Origin: Deltaproteobacteria bacterium
Lineage (GTDB): Bacteria > Myxococcota_A > Polyangia > Fen-1088
NCBI GenBank assembly: GCA_033763315.1
Contig: JANRKS010000009.1
Location: 288,001 to 352,000, forward strand
Reading direction: 5' to 3'
Length of the DNA stretch: 64,000 bases
Below are positions 40,280 through 52,612 of this stretch, one piece after another (positions within the stretch are counted from its first letter, which is position 1; every line of letters begins with the position of its first letter). Both the position numbers and the translations under genes were made by a program. The notes beneath the pieces are model-generated. The model made no database searches and was not told where the DNA came from. It saw only the letters and a program-made list of their open reading frames with translations.

Positions 40280-41148
40280 GTGCCGGGCACGTGGCGCTGC
40301 CAAAAGCGTGTGAGTGCAAAGGCGGCGAAACAGGCGCCGACCGCCGCATAGTTGCGCGTGTCGCTCACGAACATGGCGTCCAACAAACTGATCGCCGCGA
40401 TCAAGGCAGGCACAGCTTTCGATGGGTTCGGTTTACCCTTGGCCCCCCAGCCAAGCGCGGGCGCGATGCCAGCACGAAGGGTGTACGCGAAATAAAGCGC
40501 ACCTGCGAGCAACCACGGTGGCGGCAAGAACGCACCCCATAACAAGCTTGGTATGAAAAAGGCAAGCGGCCACAATCGATAAACGCGGCCGCGCGTCTCG
40601 TGCTTTGCGATGTATGTGAGGCCGATGAGATGGCCGAGCAACAAGGCGGCGCCAACGTAGAGCTCTGTGGTGGGGTGTCCCGTCGCGAACCCGGCCACCA
40701 TATAGACGCCCACGCGGCACAGGCCCATCACCACAGGTCCAAATGGATTCGCTTTGTGATGAAGATCGTAATAGACGATGAGTCCAGCGAGGGCGAGAGC
40801 GGCAAGCGCCGCGAGCCAAGGCAACATGTGCAACGCCGCCGCTGCAGCGACCACCAGAACGCCGGCACCGAGTAGAGCAAATCCGATGGTGAAGACGGTG
40901 CGGGCAGAGACTTGCCCCGTCACGATGGGACGATCGGGGCGGTGCTCGCGATCCCAACGCGCGTCGAAGGCGTCATTCAAATACATGCCGCCGATGTATT
41001 GGGCGCTCATGGCGAACGACAGCAGCGCAAATAGCGTGAACGAAAACGGCGCTCCCGATAAGGCGAGGCCCGCGGCCACATTGGTCCACACGGTGGGCAC
41101 GTTCGACACGCGGCCAAGCTTGAGCGCCGTTTTAAGCGTGAGGCTCAT
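40276..41148 (-). CDS. eboC: UbiA family prenyltransferase EboC
   Basis: LGRVSNVPTVW, GMYLNDAFD...D...RPDRPI, YYDLHHK, MGLCR. Confidence 0.88.
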   Translation of the reverse strand: MSLTLKTALKLGRVSNVPTVWTNVAAGLALSGAPFSFTLFALLSFAMSAQYIGGMYLNDAFDARWDREHRPDRPIVTGQVSARTVFTIGFALLGAGVLVVAAAAALHMLPWLAALAALALAGLIVYYDLHHKANPFGPVVMGLCRVGVYMVAGFATGHPTTELYVGAALLLGHLIGLTYIAKHETRGRVYRLWPLAFFIPSLLWGAFLPPPWLLAGALYFAYTLRAGIAPALGWGAKGKPNPSKAVPALIAAISLLDAMFVSDTRNYAAVGACFAAFALTRFWQRHVPGT

Positions 41149-42413
41149 GGCGTGGGCTGGCCAAGCGCTTGCAACGTCCATTGCAATTCGCGCGCGATGG
41201 CCTCGTCAATCGCGAAGGTGCGCAGTTCGGCTGGCAGAACATCCCAGGTGTACGTCTCCACTTCCAGGTGCGGCGTGATTGGCTCCTTGGCGAGCAAAGC
41301 CAACAACTCCCGCAGGAAGTCGGAGGTGCTTTCAAAACGTGTGAAGCTATCGGAGAAACGATCGCTCCATACGGGCACGTGAAAGTGAATGCGCCACTCG
41401 TCCCCAATGTCGCCCAACCCTGCGGCGATCAGAGCATCGGGCAGATCGAGATGGCGCACCAACGCTTCGCCGCGGCGAACGACTGTTTGATGCAGGTACA
41501 CACCTTCAACGAAGGGTTGCAGAGCGGCCAACGCGCGCGGCGTGGGTCCGGGCAAGCGCAGGCCAGCACTGATCTGCACTTTAAATACGGGCACGCCGCT
41601 TTGGCGCAGCAGGGTGAGGGTTTCCTCTGGGTTTTCGTATTCAACGGCCGCGTGGCACGCGTCAAGGCAGATGCCAAGGTGGCGTCGCAAGGCTTCGGCG
41701 GCGGCAACGCGATCGAGCCCCGTCAGCTCAGCAAAACGGAGCGCGCTTTTTTCGCTGTACAAAAAGCGCTCGAAGAAGCCGACCATTTCGGCGGTGGTTT
41801 CGAACACACAATGCGGCTCTGGCTCGAGCGCGAGGCCAATGGTTGGCCCGCCATCGTTGCGGATCCCCACCAAGGTGGCGGCGGCCACCCGCAGGTTCTC
41901 GGCCATCGTGGCAAACGCGTGGCCATCGGCGGCGGCGCGGCCGCGGAAACAGCCGGGCACGGTGCTGATTGAACCATCAAGAGGGCCGATGCGGTTGCCC
42001 CACGGCGTGGACCGATCGGGCAACAACACCGCCAGCACGCCCGCCAGCTCCTGCGTGTAGTGAACGCGTTCGGGCTCCAACCAATCGGGGCGATAAACCG
42101 CTTCCTTTACCGGCTGGCCATGAAAGGGCCCATAGGGAAAGCCATTGAGCGTAAAGACGTAAAGCTCGTTCGCTTCCAAGTAAGACCGGAACTTGATCAA
42201 TTCATCCGGTGCCGCAACCAGCGCCTGGGTGGCTGCATGAGAGAGCCGCAGACCCACGCCCATCGGCTGCGTGGGACACGCGCGCTGTTTCACAGCTTTG
42301 ACGTGGCTGTCGACGTTGGCGAAAACTTCAGGCCACGATTCGCCCGGGTGGATGTTCGTGCAATAGGTAAGGTGCACGGGGCGCCCGCGGACGCTTTGGG
42401 CCTGCAGCTTCAT
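41145..42413 (-). CDS. eboE: Metabolite traffic protein EboE (TIM barrel)
   Basis: HLTYCTNIHPGESW, TLNGFPYG.FH..VKE.VY.PDW, LEPEP, YLHQ, WRIHFHVP, HLEVETYTW. Confidence 0.92.
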   Translation of the reverse strand: MKLQAQSVRGRPVHLTYCTNIHPGESWPEVFANVDSHVKAVKQRACPTQPMGVGLRLSHAATQALVAAPDELIKFRSYLEANELYVFTLNGFPYGPFHGQPVKEAVYRPDWLEPERVHYTQELAGVLAVLLPDRSTPWGNRIGPLDGSISTVPGCFRGRAAADGHAFATMAENLRVAAATLVGIRNDGGPTIGLALEPEPHCVFETTAEMVGFFERFLYSEKSALRFAELTGLDRVAAAEALRRHLGICLDACHAAVEYENPEETLTLLRQSGVPVFKVQISAGLRLPGPTPRALAALQPFVEGVYLHQTVVRRGEALVRHLDLPDALIAAGLGDIGDEWRIHFHVPVWSDRFSDSFTRFESTSDFLRELLALLAKEPITPHLEVETYTWDVLPAELRTFAIDEAIARELQWTLQALGQPTP

Positions 42414-42428
42414 GTATGCTTACTCTAC

Positions 42429-43658
42429 TCAAATTGCAGGCGGGAACGAAGATCGCTTTGTGTCAGTGACCGTGTGGTTCTCGTGCCAGCGCCGCACATC
42501 GACGATGGCCTGCTCCACCAGGGCGGCTTCTATGGTGTGCGTTTCTTCGCCTCGTCCCAGCGCGGTGAGCAGGGTGACAGTGAGCTCACCACCGAGGTGT
42601 TCGCGAAACTCTTCCAGCCCAGCCAACACCGCTAACTGCCCTTGCGCGGTGGTTTGCCCGAGCGCGGGGTGCCACGTGGGCAGTCCCACGGCGGCAATCA
42701 AATGCGCCACCCGATCGAACGCGGCTTCGGTGAGCTGGCCGCACAAAACGGAGTAACGCGTGTCGAGTAACATCCCCAACGCCACAGCCTCTCCGTGGCG
42801 TAATTCATGATGGGTGAGGCTTTCCAGCTTGTGCGCCGACCAATGCCCGAAGTCTAAGGGGCGGGCGCTGCCTTGTTCAAATGGGTCGCCGGCGGTGGCG
42901 ATGTGCCGCAGGTGCAGCTCGGCCGCCCGCCTCACCAGTTGCGCCAACGGCTCGGGATCGCCGGCGGCCAGTGCGGGCGCGTTGGATTCGAGCCAATGGA
43001 AGAATGTGACGTCGCGGATAAGCGCCACCTTGATTGCCTCGGCGTAACCCGCGATGCGCTCTCGCGCGGGCAGGCGGGCCAGCAGATCAAAATCATTAAT
43101 CACGGCGAATGGTGGGGCGAAGGTGCCCCAAAAATTCTTGGCGCCATACGCGTTGACGCCGTTCTTGACGCCCACACCCGAATCGTTTTGCCCCAGCACC
43201 GTGGTGGGCAGCCGCACCACGCGCAAACCCCGGTGCGTGATGGCTGCCGCATACCCGGCAACGTCCAACACGGCGCCGCCGCCGATCATGACCACAAACG
43301 ATTGCCGGTCGAGGTGGGCCTGGGCAAAGGCATCGAGCAAGGTTTTGAGAACCTGGGGATCGTTCTTGGCGATTTCGCCGCCGGGCACCATCAAAGGTGC
43401 GGCGACAAGATGAAGCGCGTGCGCGTGGGCCGAGAAGTACTGCGCGATGCGCTCTTGCATCTGGGGCCACGCCTGCTGGACGTGAGCATCAAGCACCACA
43501 AACACCTTGTGGCGCCGTTGCGGCTCCCGCTGGGCCAGCGTGTTCACCAACAGGGGGTTCAGCGACGAAAACACGTCGCGCGTGAATGCCACCGTGAACG
43601 AATACGGCACAACGAATTGCTGGCTGACGATGCCTTCTGCGCTGGTGGTCGTGGACAT
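42429..43658 (-). CDS. eboD: Sugar-phosphate cyclase / 3-dehydroquinate synthase-like EboD
   Basis: GGEIAKN, IGGGAVLD, QNDSGVGVKNG.N, HIA..GDPFE.GSARPLDFGHWSAHKLE, GLEEFREHLGG. Confidence 0.9.
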   Translation of the reverse strand: MSTTTSAEGIVSQQFVVPYSFTVAFTRDVFSSLNPLLVNTLAQREPQRRHKVFVVLDAHVQQAWPQMQERIAQYFSAHAHALHLVAAPLMVPGGEIAKNDPQVLKTLLDAFAQAHLDRQSFVVMIGGGAVLDVAGYAAAITHRGLRVVRLPTTVLGQNDSGVGVKNGVNAYGAKNFWGTFAPPFAVINDFDLLARLPARERIAGYAEAIKVALIRDVTFFHWLESNAPALAAGDPEPLAQLVRRAAELHLRHIATAGDPFEQGSARPLDFGHWSAHKLESLTHHELRHGEAVALGMLLDTRYSVLCGQLTEAAFDRVAHLIAAVGLPTWHPALGQTTAQGQLAVLAGLEEFREHLGGELTVTLLTALGRGEETHTIEAALVEQAIVDVRRWHENHTVTDTKRSSFPPAI

Positions 43659-43834
43659 GGGGCCGAACAGAGGAAAACGGCATGGCCCGTAAAGAGCCCA
43701 AAACGACGACTGACCTTAGCAGCCGCTTTGCTGTGCGACCACGAAAGCCGCTTGCCGCTGCCGAGGTCCCACACGCCGCGACGATTTCTGTGTGACCGGG
43801 CGCAACCTTTGGCGGCGGTTGCCGAAAACCACGC

Positions 43835-46291
43835 GTGCGGTTAGCTGTTCTGGTTTGTGGTTTTGTCTTCGGGGCGCTCGTGGGCGTGGCGGGCACCGTC
43901 GTGTGGTGGTGGGCCTGTGCGGCAGGTTTGGTGGCTTGCTGTGTCTGGTTCGGTCGTCGTCGCGTCTGGATCTTGGCGCTGGCGGCTCTGTTGGGGCTCG
44001 CGGGGCAGGGCTGGGCGGTGTGGCAGGTCGTGGCGGCTCGTGGCTTGGAAGCGGGTCTGAATGCCACGACGCCGGGCACGCCGCTGTGCGTGCAGGGGCG
44101 GGCGTTTAACGTGGGCGAAGCCACAGCGGAGGATGACGGTGGTGATCGGTTTGCGCCGTCGACACAACGATTTCGTGTGGATGGCCATGTGCCGAAGGCG
44201 GCGTGGGGCCAAGCACAGATCCAGCTCAACGTCTTCTGGGTTCGGGCCCCGGATGAAGGTTTGACCGTGGAAGAGGGGGACCAGGTGCAGGTGTGCGGGC
44301 TGTGGCAGCCGCCTTTTGGCTTTTTTAACCCGGGTGCCGGCCCCGGCTGGCCGCAGGTGGCACTCAAGGCGGCCGTAGGCTCGATCCGCGCCACGCGTGT
44401 GAGCGTGCGCTCGCATGCGTCGCGCCTATGGCCGTGGAGATTGGCGGCGCGTTTTCGGCAGGCGCTTTCACATTCGTTTGCGGCGTTGCCCCTAGATCGA
44501 GCGGCGTTCTTGCGCGCCACCGTTTTGGGCGAGCGCGCCGCTGTGTCGGCCGACGTGGAACTCGGTTTTAAAGCGGCGGGCGCCACGCACGCTCTTTCGG
44601 TGTCGGGGCTGCACTTGGCGGCCGTGGCGGCTTTGTTCTTTGTGGGGCTGCGTTGGCTGCTGTTGCGGTCGCTGCACGTTGCCACTGTGGTGAGGGTGCG
44701 TCCCTGGGCCGCGGCGTTGTCGATACCCGCGGTTTTGTTCTACACGTTGGTTACGGGCGAAGCGGTGGCCACGTGGCGCTCGGCGCTGATGGCCGCATGT
44801 TTGTTTGCAGCGTATGCGGTTCGGCGCGCCCCCGCGTTGTCTGCCAGCTTGGCGTTCGCGACGCTGGTGGTTGTGGCGCAATCGCCGTTTTGGCTGTTGG
44901 ACGTATCATTTCAACTCTCTGTGCTTTCCGTATGTGGGCTGGCGGCGTTCGCTGGTCGCCTTGGTCCGAAAGCCGCCGCCGAAGGGGGTTGGTGGCGCCG
45001 CGTTTGGGTGTGGTTTGGCAAGGCCATGGCGGCCACGATGGCTGCGGGGCTCGTCACGGCGCCATTGGTGGCATTTCACTTCGGGGAAGTGACGCCCGCG
45101 GCGCCCTTGGGAAACCTCATCCTTACGCCTTTGGTGGAACTGGTGGTGGTGCCGCTGGGGCTCCTGGGTGCCGCACTTGCCGCTGCGGTGCCTGCCTTGG
45201 CCAGGGTGATGTTGTGGCCCGCCAGCGTGGGCGCGGACGCCACGCTTTGGGTGGCGTCGCGGTTCGCGCACGGCGCGCCTGTGTGGCACGTCAATGCGTT
45301 GGGCGCGTGGGGCACAGCGGCCCTCACAATCGCAGCGGCCGCGATTCTGGGCGCTTGGATCGCCCAAACGAGTTTGCGGCGCAAGCTGCTCTTGATCGCC
45401 GGAGGCCTATGTTTGTTTGCCATGCTTGCGTGGGTGCAACGCTGGTGGCGACACCAGCACAGTCAGGAGATGCAGGTCACCTTCTTGGATGTGGGGCAGG
45501 GTGACGGCGCGGTTGTGCAAGGCCCGCATGGTTTTGTGGCCGTGGTTGACGGCGGCGGCTTGGGCGAAAGCTTCGACACGGGAGCAAGGTTGCTCACGCC
45601 CTACTTGCGCCGCCAAGGCATCAGCCACATCAACCTTGTGGTGCTGTCACACCCGCACCCTGACCACGCGTTGGGTTTATTTTCGGTGCTGCAGAATTTT
45701 GTGATCGACGAGCTGTGGATGCCAGCCAGCGGCGAAGGGCCCGCACATGATGGCGCCTTCATTCGCAACCTGCGGCAAACAGCGCAAGCGCGCGGCACGC
45801 GCGTGGTTGAGCCACATGGATTCACGCGCGATGGATTGAGCGTCGAACCATTTGGTCCGTGGGACGGCGATCATATTGCCGCGCCTGCTGGCTTATCAGT
45901 CAACGATGCGTCTTTGTCCGTTCGTTTCGCGTTTGCGGGGCACGCGATCTTCTTCGCGGGTGATCTGGAAGGACCGGGCGAGAACGAGCTGGCCGAAGGC
46001 GCACGCAGCTTGGGGCGGTGGCCACGCAGCGATGTGCTGAAGGTTCCCCATCACGGCAGCCGCACATCCTCTTCGCAGGAACTTTTCGACGCCGTCGGGC
46101 CAAGGCTTGCTGTGATCTCTGCCGGGCGCGGCAACCGCTTCGGGTTTCCGCACGCCGAGGTGCTGCGGCGTTACGAGCGGCACGCCGTGCCCATTCTGCG
46201 CACCGATCGCGACGGCGCGGTGCAACTGTCTTGGGGGAGGAAGGGGCCTGTGACAGCGACGTGCGTGCGGGGCCCTTGCCCCCCGCTGTGA
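43835..46291 (+). CDS. comEC: DNA internalization competence protein ComEC/Rec2
   Basis: AGATHALSVSGLH, SFQLS, LDVGQGD, SHPHPDH, KVPHHGS, NRFGFPH. Confidence 0.93.
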   Translation: MRLAVLVCGFVFGALVGVAGTVVWWWACAAGLVACCVWFGRRRVWILALAALLGLAGQGWAVWQVVAARGLEAGLNATTPGTPLCVQGRAFNVGEATAEDDGGDRFAPSTQRFRVDGHVPKAAWGQAQIQLNVFWVRAPDEGLTVEEGDQVQVCGLWQPPFGFFNPGAGPGWPQVALKAAVGSIRATRVSVRSHASRLWPWRLAARFRQALSHSFAALPLDRAAFLRATVLGERAAVSADVELGFKAAGATHALSVSGLHLAAVAALFFVGLRWLLLRSLHVATVVRVRPWAAALSIPAVLFYTLVTGEAVATWRSALMAACLFAAYAVRRAPALSASLAFATLVVVAQSPFWLLDVSFQLSVLSVCGLAAFAGRLGPKAAAEGGWWRRVWVWFGKAMAATMAAGLVTAPLVAFHFGEVTPAAPLGNLILTPLVELVVVPLGLLGAALAAAVPALARVMLWPASVGADATLWVASRFAHGAPVWHVNALGAWGTAALTIAAAAILGAWIAQTSLRRKLLLIAGGLCLFAMLAWVQRWWRHQHSQEMQVTFLDVGQGDGAVVQGPHGFVAVVDGGGLGESFDTGARLLTPYLRRQGISHINLVVLSHPHPDHALGLFSVLQNFVIDELWMPASGEGPAHDGAFIRNLRQTAQARGTRVVEPHGFTRDGLSVEPFGPWDGDHIAAPAGLSVNDASLSVRFAFAGHAIFFAGDLEGPGENELAEGARSLGRWPRSDVLKVPHHGSRTSSSQELFDAVGPRLAVISAGRGNRFGFPHAEVLRRYERHAVPILRTDRDGAVQLSWGRKGPVTATCVRGPCPPL

Positions 46292-46425
46292 GAAGCAAAT
46301 GCCTGATTTTGCTGGCGACCAGGAGCCGCTGATGCCGCTGCGGTGGCGCGGCTGGCGAACCGGCATCACACTTATAGAAGTAGCACTCGTTCAACATCGA
46401 CTTACAGCTGACACCGGAGGACTTC

Positions 46426-47007
46426 ATGCGTCGAGCGCGCAAGAGTAAATCACCTCGCCAATCGGTTCGATTGGAAAGCTGTGTAGCCGAAATCATGGGA
46501 ACGAGCCTGTTCACGCTGAGCCCCGACACGGCGGTGTCCGCAGCCTTGCGGCTGGCGTCCGACAAGCACGTGAGCCACTTTTTGGTGGTCGAGGACGGAG
46601 GGCTCACCGGAATCGTGTGCGATCGAGATTTGCACAACGCCGGCAAAGAAAAGCTGGTGGAGGATTGCATGACAACGCCCGTGCTGTGCATCGGCCCTGA
46701 AACCACGATCGAAGAAGCCACGGGCATCATGGAAGAGAACGCTGTGAGCTGCTTGCCGGTGGTCACCGGCACTTTCTTGGTGGGCATGGTCACGCGCGAT
46801 TCGTTGGGCGCGCTGGATCTTGAGGCCGACCGCGACGTGCTTTCACCTGAGCGCGCCGAAGAAGCGTTGGTGGCGGCCACGCCGTTAACATGCGTGGGCT
46901 GCGGTAGCCAACGTCATGTGGCACGCGATGTGCGATCGAATCTGATCCCCATGTGCCAAAAGTGTTTGGGCGGCGATGTGTGGGACGGACGGCGCAAGGC
47001 GAATTGA
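46426..47007 (+). CDS. CBS-pair protein with C-terminal CxxC...CxxC zinc ribbon
   Basis: Two CBS repeats (LTGIVCDRD, LVGMVTRD), then CVGC...CQKC; SD GGAGG. Confidence 0.8.
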   Translation: MRRARKSKSPRQSVRLESCVAEIMGTSLFTLSPDTAVSAALRLASDKHVSHFLVVEDGGLTGIVCDRDLHNAGKEKLVEDCMTTPVLCIGPETTIEEATGIMEENAVSCLPVVTGTFLVGMVTRDSLGALDLEADRDVLSPERAEEALVAATPLTCVGCGSQRHVARDVRSNLIPMCQKCLGGDVWDGRRKAN

Positions 47008-47031
47008 GCGGGACCGTTACGACGACGTCGC

Positions 47032-48303
47032 GTGCGTCAGCTACACTGGCGCAGGATTCCGCTGGTGCTTGCGCGCGTTCTTGAAACCATTCTGCAGCAC
47101 CGCCTGATTGAGGCCGGCCAACGCATTTTGGTGGGCCTTTCAGGCGGGCCGGATTCATGTGCACTGCTGCTGGCGCTGCAGAAACTGTCGCCACGGCTCG
47201 GGTTCGAAGTCCGCGCGCTGTGCGTGGATCACGGCTTGCGCGCGGAGTCTGCTGCGGAAGCCGCGCGCGTGGCCGCCATGAGCGCGTCTTGGGGCGTGCC
47301 GTGCGCGGTCGTGCGTGTCGACGTGGCGGCCTTGCGTACGGCGCACGTGTCTTGGCAGGACGCCGCCCGCCGCGCACGTTTGGCGGCGTTGGAAGCGGCC
47401 GCAGAGCAGGGGTGCGACGTGGTTGCCTTGGGCCACAGCGCTGACGATCAGGCCGAAACAGTGTTGTTCCGCATTGTGCGTGGCACTGGACTCCAAGGTT
47501 TGGCCGGAATTCCATACCGCCGAGGTGTGTTCATTCGGCCGTTGCTGGACATCCGCCGTTCTGAGATTGAGGCGTTCGTGGGCCAGCAGGGGGTGACGCC
47601 GGTGCGCGATCCCTCCAACGAAAACGTTCGCTACACGCGTTCGCGGGTGCGCCATGAGTGGATGCCATTGCTCGCGCGGGAAAACCCCCGGCTCGTCGAA
47701 GCTCTATTGGGGCTTGCGGCCGATGCGCAGGCGCTGCCGGGCCGCCCTGCGCCGGCAGGCGTGATCCCGCACGTCAGCCGGCGCGCCGCCAGGCAAATTC
47801 AACGGGCCAGCGCGCGGGGTGGCACGAGCGCCTTTGACGTGACCGGTGGGATCCTGGAAGTCACCTATGGGCGACGCAGTTTTCGCCCACGTTTGGCGCC
47901 TCCGGCCGCGCCGCCCGAGCCGCTTGTCGTGGCCGCGGTTAAGACCGACCTGCACTTCGTGTGGGGCGCGGGAGCCGTTAAGTTTAAAGTCGGCGATGCG
48001 CCTGCGGGTTCAGGCGTGGCCTTTGACCACGAAAAGATTGTATGGCCACTCACGGTAAGACCGTGGCGTGCTGGTGATCGCATGCACCCGCGCAAGGGCC
48101 GAGGCTCCCGCAAATTGCAGGACCTGTTGGTGGACGCGAAGGTGCCCCGCGGTATGCGCGGCCTTTTGCCGGTGCTCGTAGATGCCGATGACAACATCCT
48201 GTTTGTTCCACACCTTCGCGCCGCCCAAGCGGCCTCTCCCACCACCCAAACCAAGACATTCCTGGTCGTTGAGGCAGAAAACTTCGTGATCTCGCCTAAG
48301 TGA
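47032..48303 (+). CDS. tilS: tRNA(Ile)-lysidine synthase
   Basis: SGGPDS PP-loop, DHGLR, GHSADDQAET, RPLL, DPSN; start may be GTG 47065. Confidence 0.94.
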   Translation: MRQLHWRRIPLVLARVLETILQHRLIEAGQRILVGLSGGPDSCALLLALQKLSPRLGFEVRALCVDHGLRAESAAEAARVAAMSASWGVPCAVVRVDVAALRTAHVSWQDAARRARLAALEAAAEQGCDVVALGHSADDQAETVLFRIVRGTGLQGLAGIPYRRGVFIRPLLDIRRSEIEAFVGQQGVTPVRDPSNENVRYTRSRVRHEWMPLLARENPRLVEALLGLAADAQALPGRPAPAGVIPHVSRRAARQIQRASARGGTSAFDVTGGILEVTYGRRSFRPRLAPPAAPPEPLVVAAVKTDLHFVWGAGAVKFKVGDAPAGSGVAFDHEKIVWPLTVRPWRAGDRMHPRKGRGSRKLQDLLVDAKVPRGMRGLLPVLVDADDNILFVPHLRAAQAASPTTQTKTFLVVEAENFVISPK

Positions 48304-48320
48304 CTGGCAACCGCCCCGCG

Positions 48321-48349
48321 TTGACGGCATCGTATCGAAGAAGAATACT
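48321..48349 (+). promoter_or_regulatory. Sigma-70-type promoter of ftsH
   Basis: TTGACG-N17-AATACT; SD AAAGGA follows. Confidence 0.55.
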
Positions 48350-48376
48350 TGCCTGCTGTTCTAGAAAGGACTCTAA

Positions 48377-50305
<1,929 letters not shown>

Positions 50306-50317
50306 GCCGCTTCGCTG

Positions 50318-51145
50318 ATGTTTGCCGTTGACGGGCGTCTACGTTCAGGGGCCCCCACCATCGTGGGGGTGCTGAATGTGACGCCCGATTCTTTTTCCGA
50401 CGGCGGCCGCTTCGCCAACGTGGATGAGGCCATTGCGTGCGGCGTGGCGATGGTGGACGCCGGCGCCCATTGGATAGACGTGGGGGGCGAATCAACCCGA
50501 CCGGGCGCAGCGGTGGTGGATGGGGCCGATGAACTGGCGCGCGTGATTCCGGTGATCGAAGGGTTGGCCTCTCGCGTGGCGGGGAGAGCGCTGATCTCCA
50601 TCGACACGTACAAATCCACAACAGCAAGGGCGGCCCTGCAAGCCGGGGCGCGCGTGGTGAACGACATTTCGGCGGGCGTTCTCGATGCGGGGCTGCTGAG
50701 CGTTGCGGCCGCCTTCGATGCGCCCGTGGTCCTCGGGCACCTGCGCGGGCAACCGGCCACGATGATGGACCACGTTCATTTCGATGATGTGGTGGCCGAA
50801 GTGGTGGCGGAGCTGCAAGCGCGGGTCGAGGCGGCGCGCGCGGCTGGGTGCCACCACATTTGGGTGGATCCAGGCATTGGCTTTGGAAAGCGCCTGCCCC
50901 AAAATTTGGCGTTGCTGCGCCACCTGCGTGCGATGCGTGAAGCGCTGCAAGCGCCCATGATGGTGGGCGTGTCCCGCAAGCGATTCATCGGCGAGCTGAC
51001 GGGGCAAGCAGCCTCGGATCGCGGTTATGGCACCGCTGCGGCGTTGGCGTTGGCGGTGGACGCGGGCGTTGAGGCCCTGCGTGTGCACGACGTGGCGCCA
51101 GCGCGGGACGTGGTGGCCGTGGCCAGCGCGATTGCGCGGGCTTAA
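50318..51145 (+). CDS. folP: Dihydropteroate synthase
   Basis: LNVTPDSFSDGG, GGESTRPG, DPGIGFGK, SRKRF, RVHDV. Confidence 0.96.
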   Translation: MFAVDGRLRSGAPTIVGVLNVTPDSFSDGGRFANVDEAIACGVAMVDAGAHWIDVGGESTRPGAAVVDGADELARVIPVIEGLASRVAGRALISIDTYKSTTARAALQAGARVVNDISAGVLDAGLLSVAAAFDAPVVLGHLRGQPATMMDHVHFDDVVAEVVAELQARVEAARAAGCHHIWVDPGIGFGKRLPQNLALLRHLRAMREALQAPMMVGVSRKRFIGELTGQAASDRGYGTAAALALAVDAGVEALRVHDVAPARDVVAVASAIARA

Positions 51146-51224
51146 GCCGATCAGCCGCGAAATCGCACCATCACCGCCCGGCCCAGATGACGTGGCGGAC
51201 CCCTGCGGTTAACATCGGTCCCAG

Positions 51225-52592
51225 ATGTCTGACACGCGCAAATTGTTTGGAACCGACGGCATTCGCGGCAAAGCGAACCAGTACCCTATGACAGCCGAGG
51301 TGGCCTTGCGGCTGGGTATGGCGGTGGCTCATCACTTTAGGCACAAGGATCGCCGGGGCCGCATCGTGATTGGCAAAGACACGCGCCTTTCGGGCTACAT
51401 GCTTGAAAGCGCCTTGGAGGCGGGCATCGTGGCGGCGGGCGCGGATGTGATGCTTGTGGGGCCGTTGCCCACGCCAGGCATTGCGTTCGTAACGTCATCC
51501 ATGCGAGCTGACGCCGGCGTGGTGATCAGCGCTTCGCACAACCCTTACCAAGACAACGGCATCAAGCTGTTTGCCTCGGATGGCTTCAAGCTTCCCGACG
51601 AGGTGGAGGCCGAAGTCGAAGCTGTGATGGCGAAGATCGAAGCGGGCGATGAGGGCCACGCGGCTGGCGCAGACGAGATCGGAAAGGCCCTGCGCATTCA
51701 GGACGCCGAAGGCCGGTACATTCAATCGCTAAAGCAAGCGTTTCCCAAAGATCGCACCTTGGATGGCGTGCGTGTGGTGGTGGATTGTGCCAATGGCGCG
51801 GCCTACCAGGTGGCCCCACGTGTGTTCACGGAGCTGGGCGCCGACGTGATTGAACTTGGCACCAACCCTGACGGTCGCAACATCAACGAACGTTGTGGCG
51901 CTTTGTTTCCCGAAAACGCCGCCGCTGAAGTGCGACGCACGCGCGCAGAGATTGGCGTGTCACTTGATGGCGATGCCGATCGCTTGATCATGTCCGACGA
52001 ACGTGGGCAAGTGGTGGACGGTGATCAGATCTTGGCCATCTTGGGCCGGCACCTCAAAGCGAAGGGCAAACTGGCTGGCAATACAGTGGTGGCCACGGTG
52101 ATGTCGAACTTGGGCTTGGAGCGTGCCTTGGCCGATGTGGGCGCAAATCTGATGCGTGCGTCGGTGGGCGATCGTTATGTGGTGGAGGCGATGCGCGCTG
52201 GCAACTTCACGTTGGGTGGCGAGCAATCGGGACACATCCTTTCGCTTGAGCACGCGAGCACGGGCGATGGCACGATGGCCGCGTTGTTGGTGATGGCGGT
52301 GATGGCCGAGACAGGCAAGACGCTGGGCGAGCTGGCCAAGTGCATGACGCGTTTTCCGCAGGTGTTGGTGAATTTCCGCGTGCCGCAAAAGATACCCATC
52401 GAAGAGCTGCCTGAAGTGCAGAAAATCATCTCGGAAGTGGAGAAACAGTTGGGTAAAGAAGGGCGCGTGTTGGTGCGGTATTCCGGCACCGAGGCCAAGG
52501 CGCGCGTGATGATCGAAGGCACTGACGAGAACTTCATTGCCACACGCGCTGACGACATCGCGCGCGTGATGCAAAAAGCCCTGGTCATGTGA
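51225..52592 (+). CDS. glmM: Phosphoglucosamine mutase
   Basis: [44 protein letters not shown]. Confidence 0.97.
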   Translation: MSDTRKLFGTDGIRGKANQYPMTAEVALRLGMAVAHHFRHKDRRGRIVIGKDTRLSGYMLESALEAGIVAAGADVMLVGPLPTPGIAFVTSSMRADAGVVISASHNPYQDNGIKLFASDGFKLPDEVEAEVEAVMAKIEAGDEGHAAGADEIGKALRIQDAEGRYIQSLKQAFPKDRTLDGVRVVVDCANGAAYQVAPRVFTELGADVIELGTNPDGRNINERCGALFPENAAAEVRRTRAEIGVSLDGDADRLIMSDERGQVVDGDQILAILGRHLKAKGKLAGNTVVATVMSNLGLERALADVGANLMRASVGDRYVVEAMRAGNFTLGGEQSGHILSLEHASTGDGTMAALLVMAVMAETGKTLGELAKCMTRFPQVLVNFRVPQKIPIEELPEVQKIISEVEKQLGKEGRVLVRYSGTEAKARVMIEGTDENFIATRADDIARVMQKALVM

Positions 52593-52612
52593 ACGTGGCG
52601 AAGGAGCCCGGC

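Noticed and set aside
42429-43658. Housekeeping aroB call
   Set aside because: The GDPFE.GSARPLDFGHW motif and ebo context indicate EboD, not the shikimate-pathway enzyme
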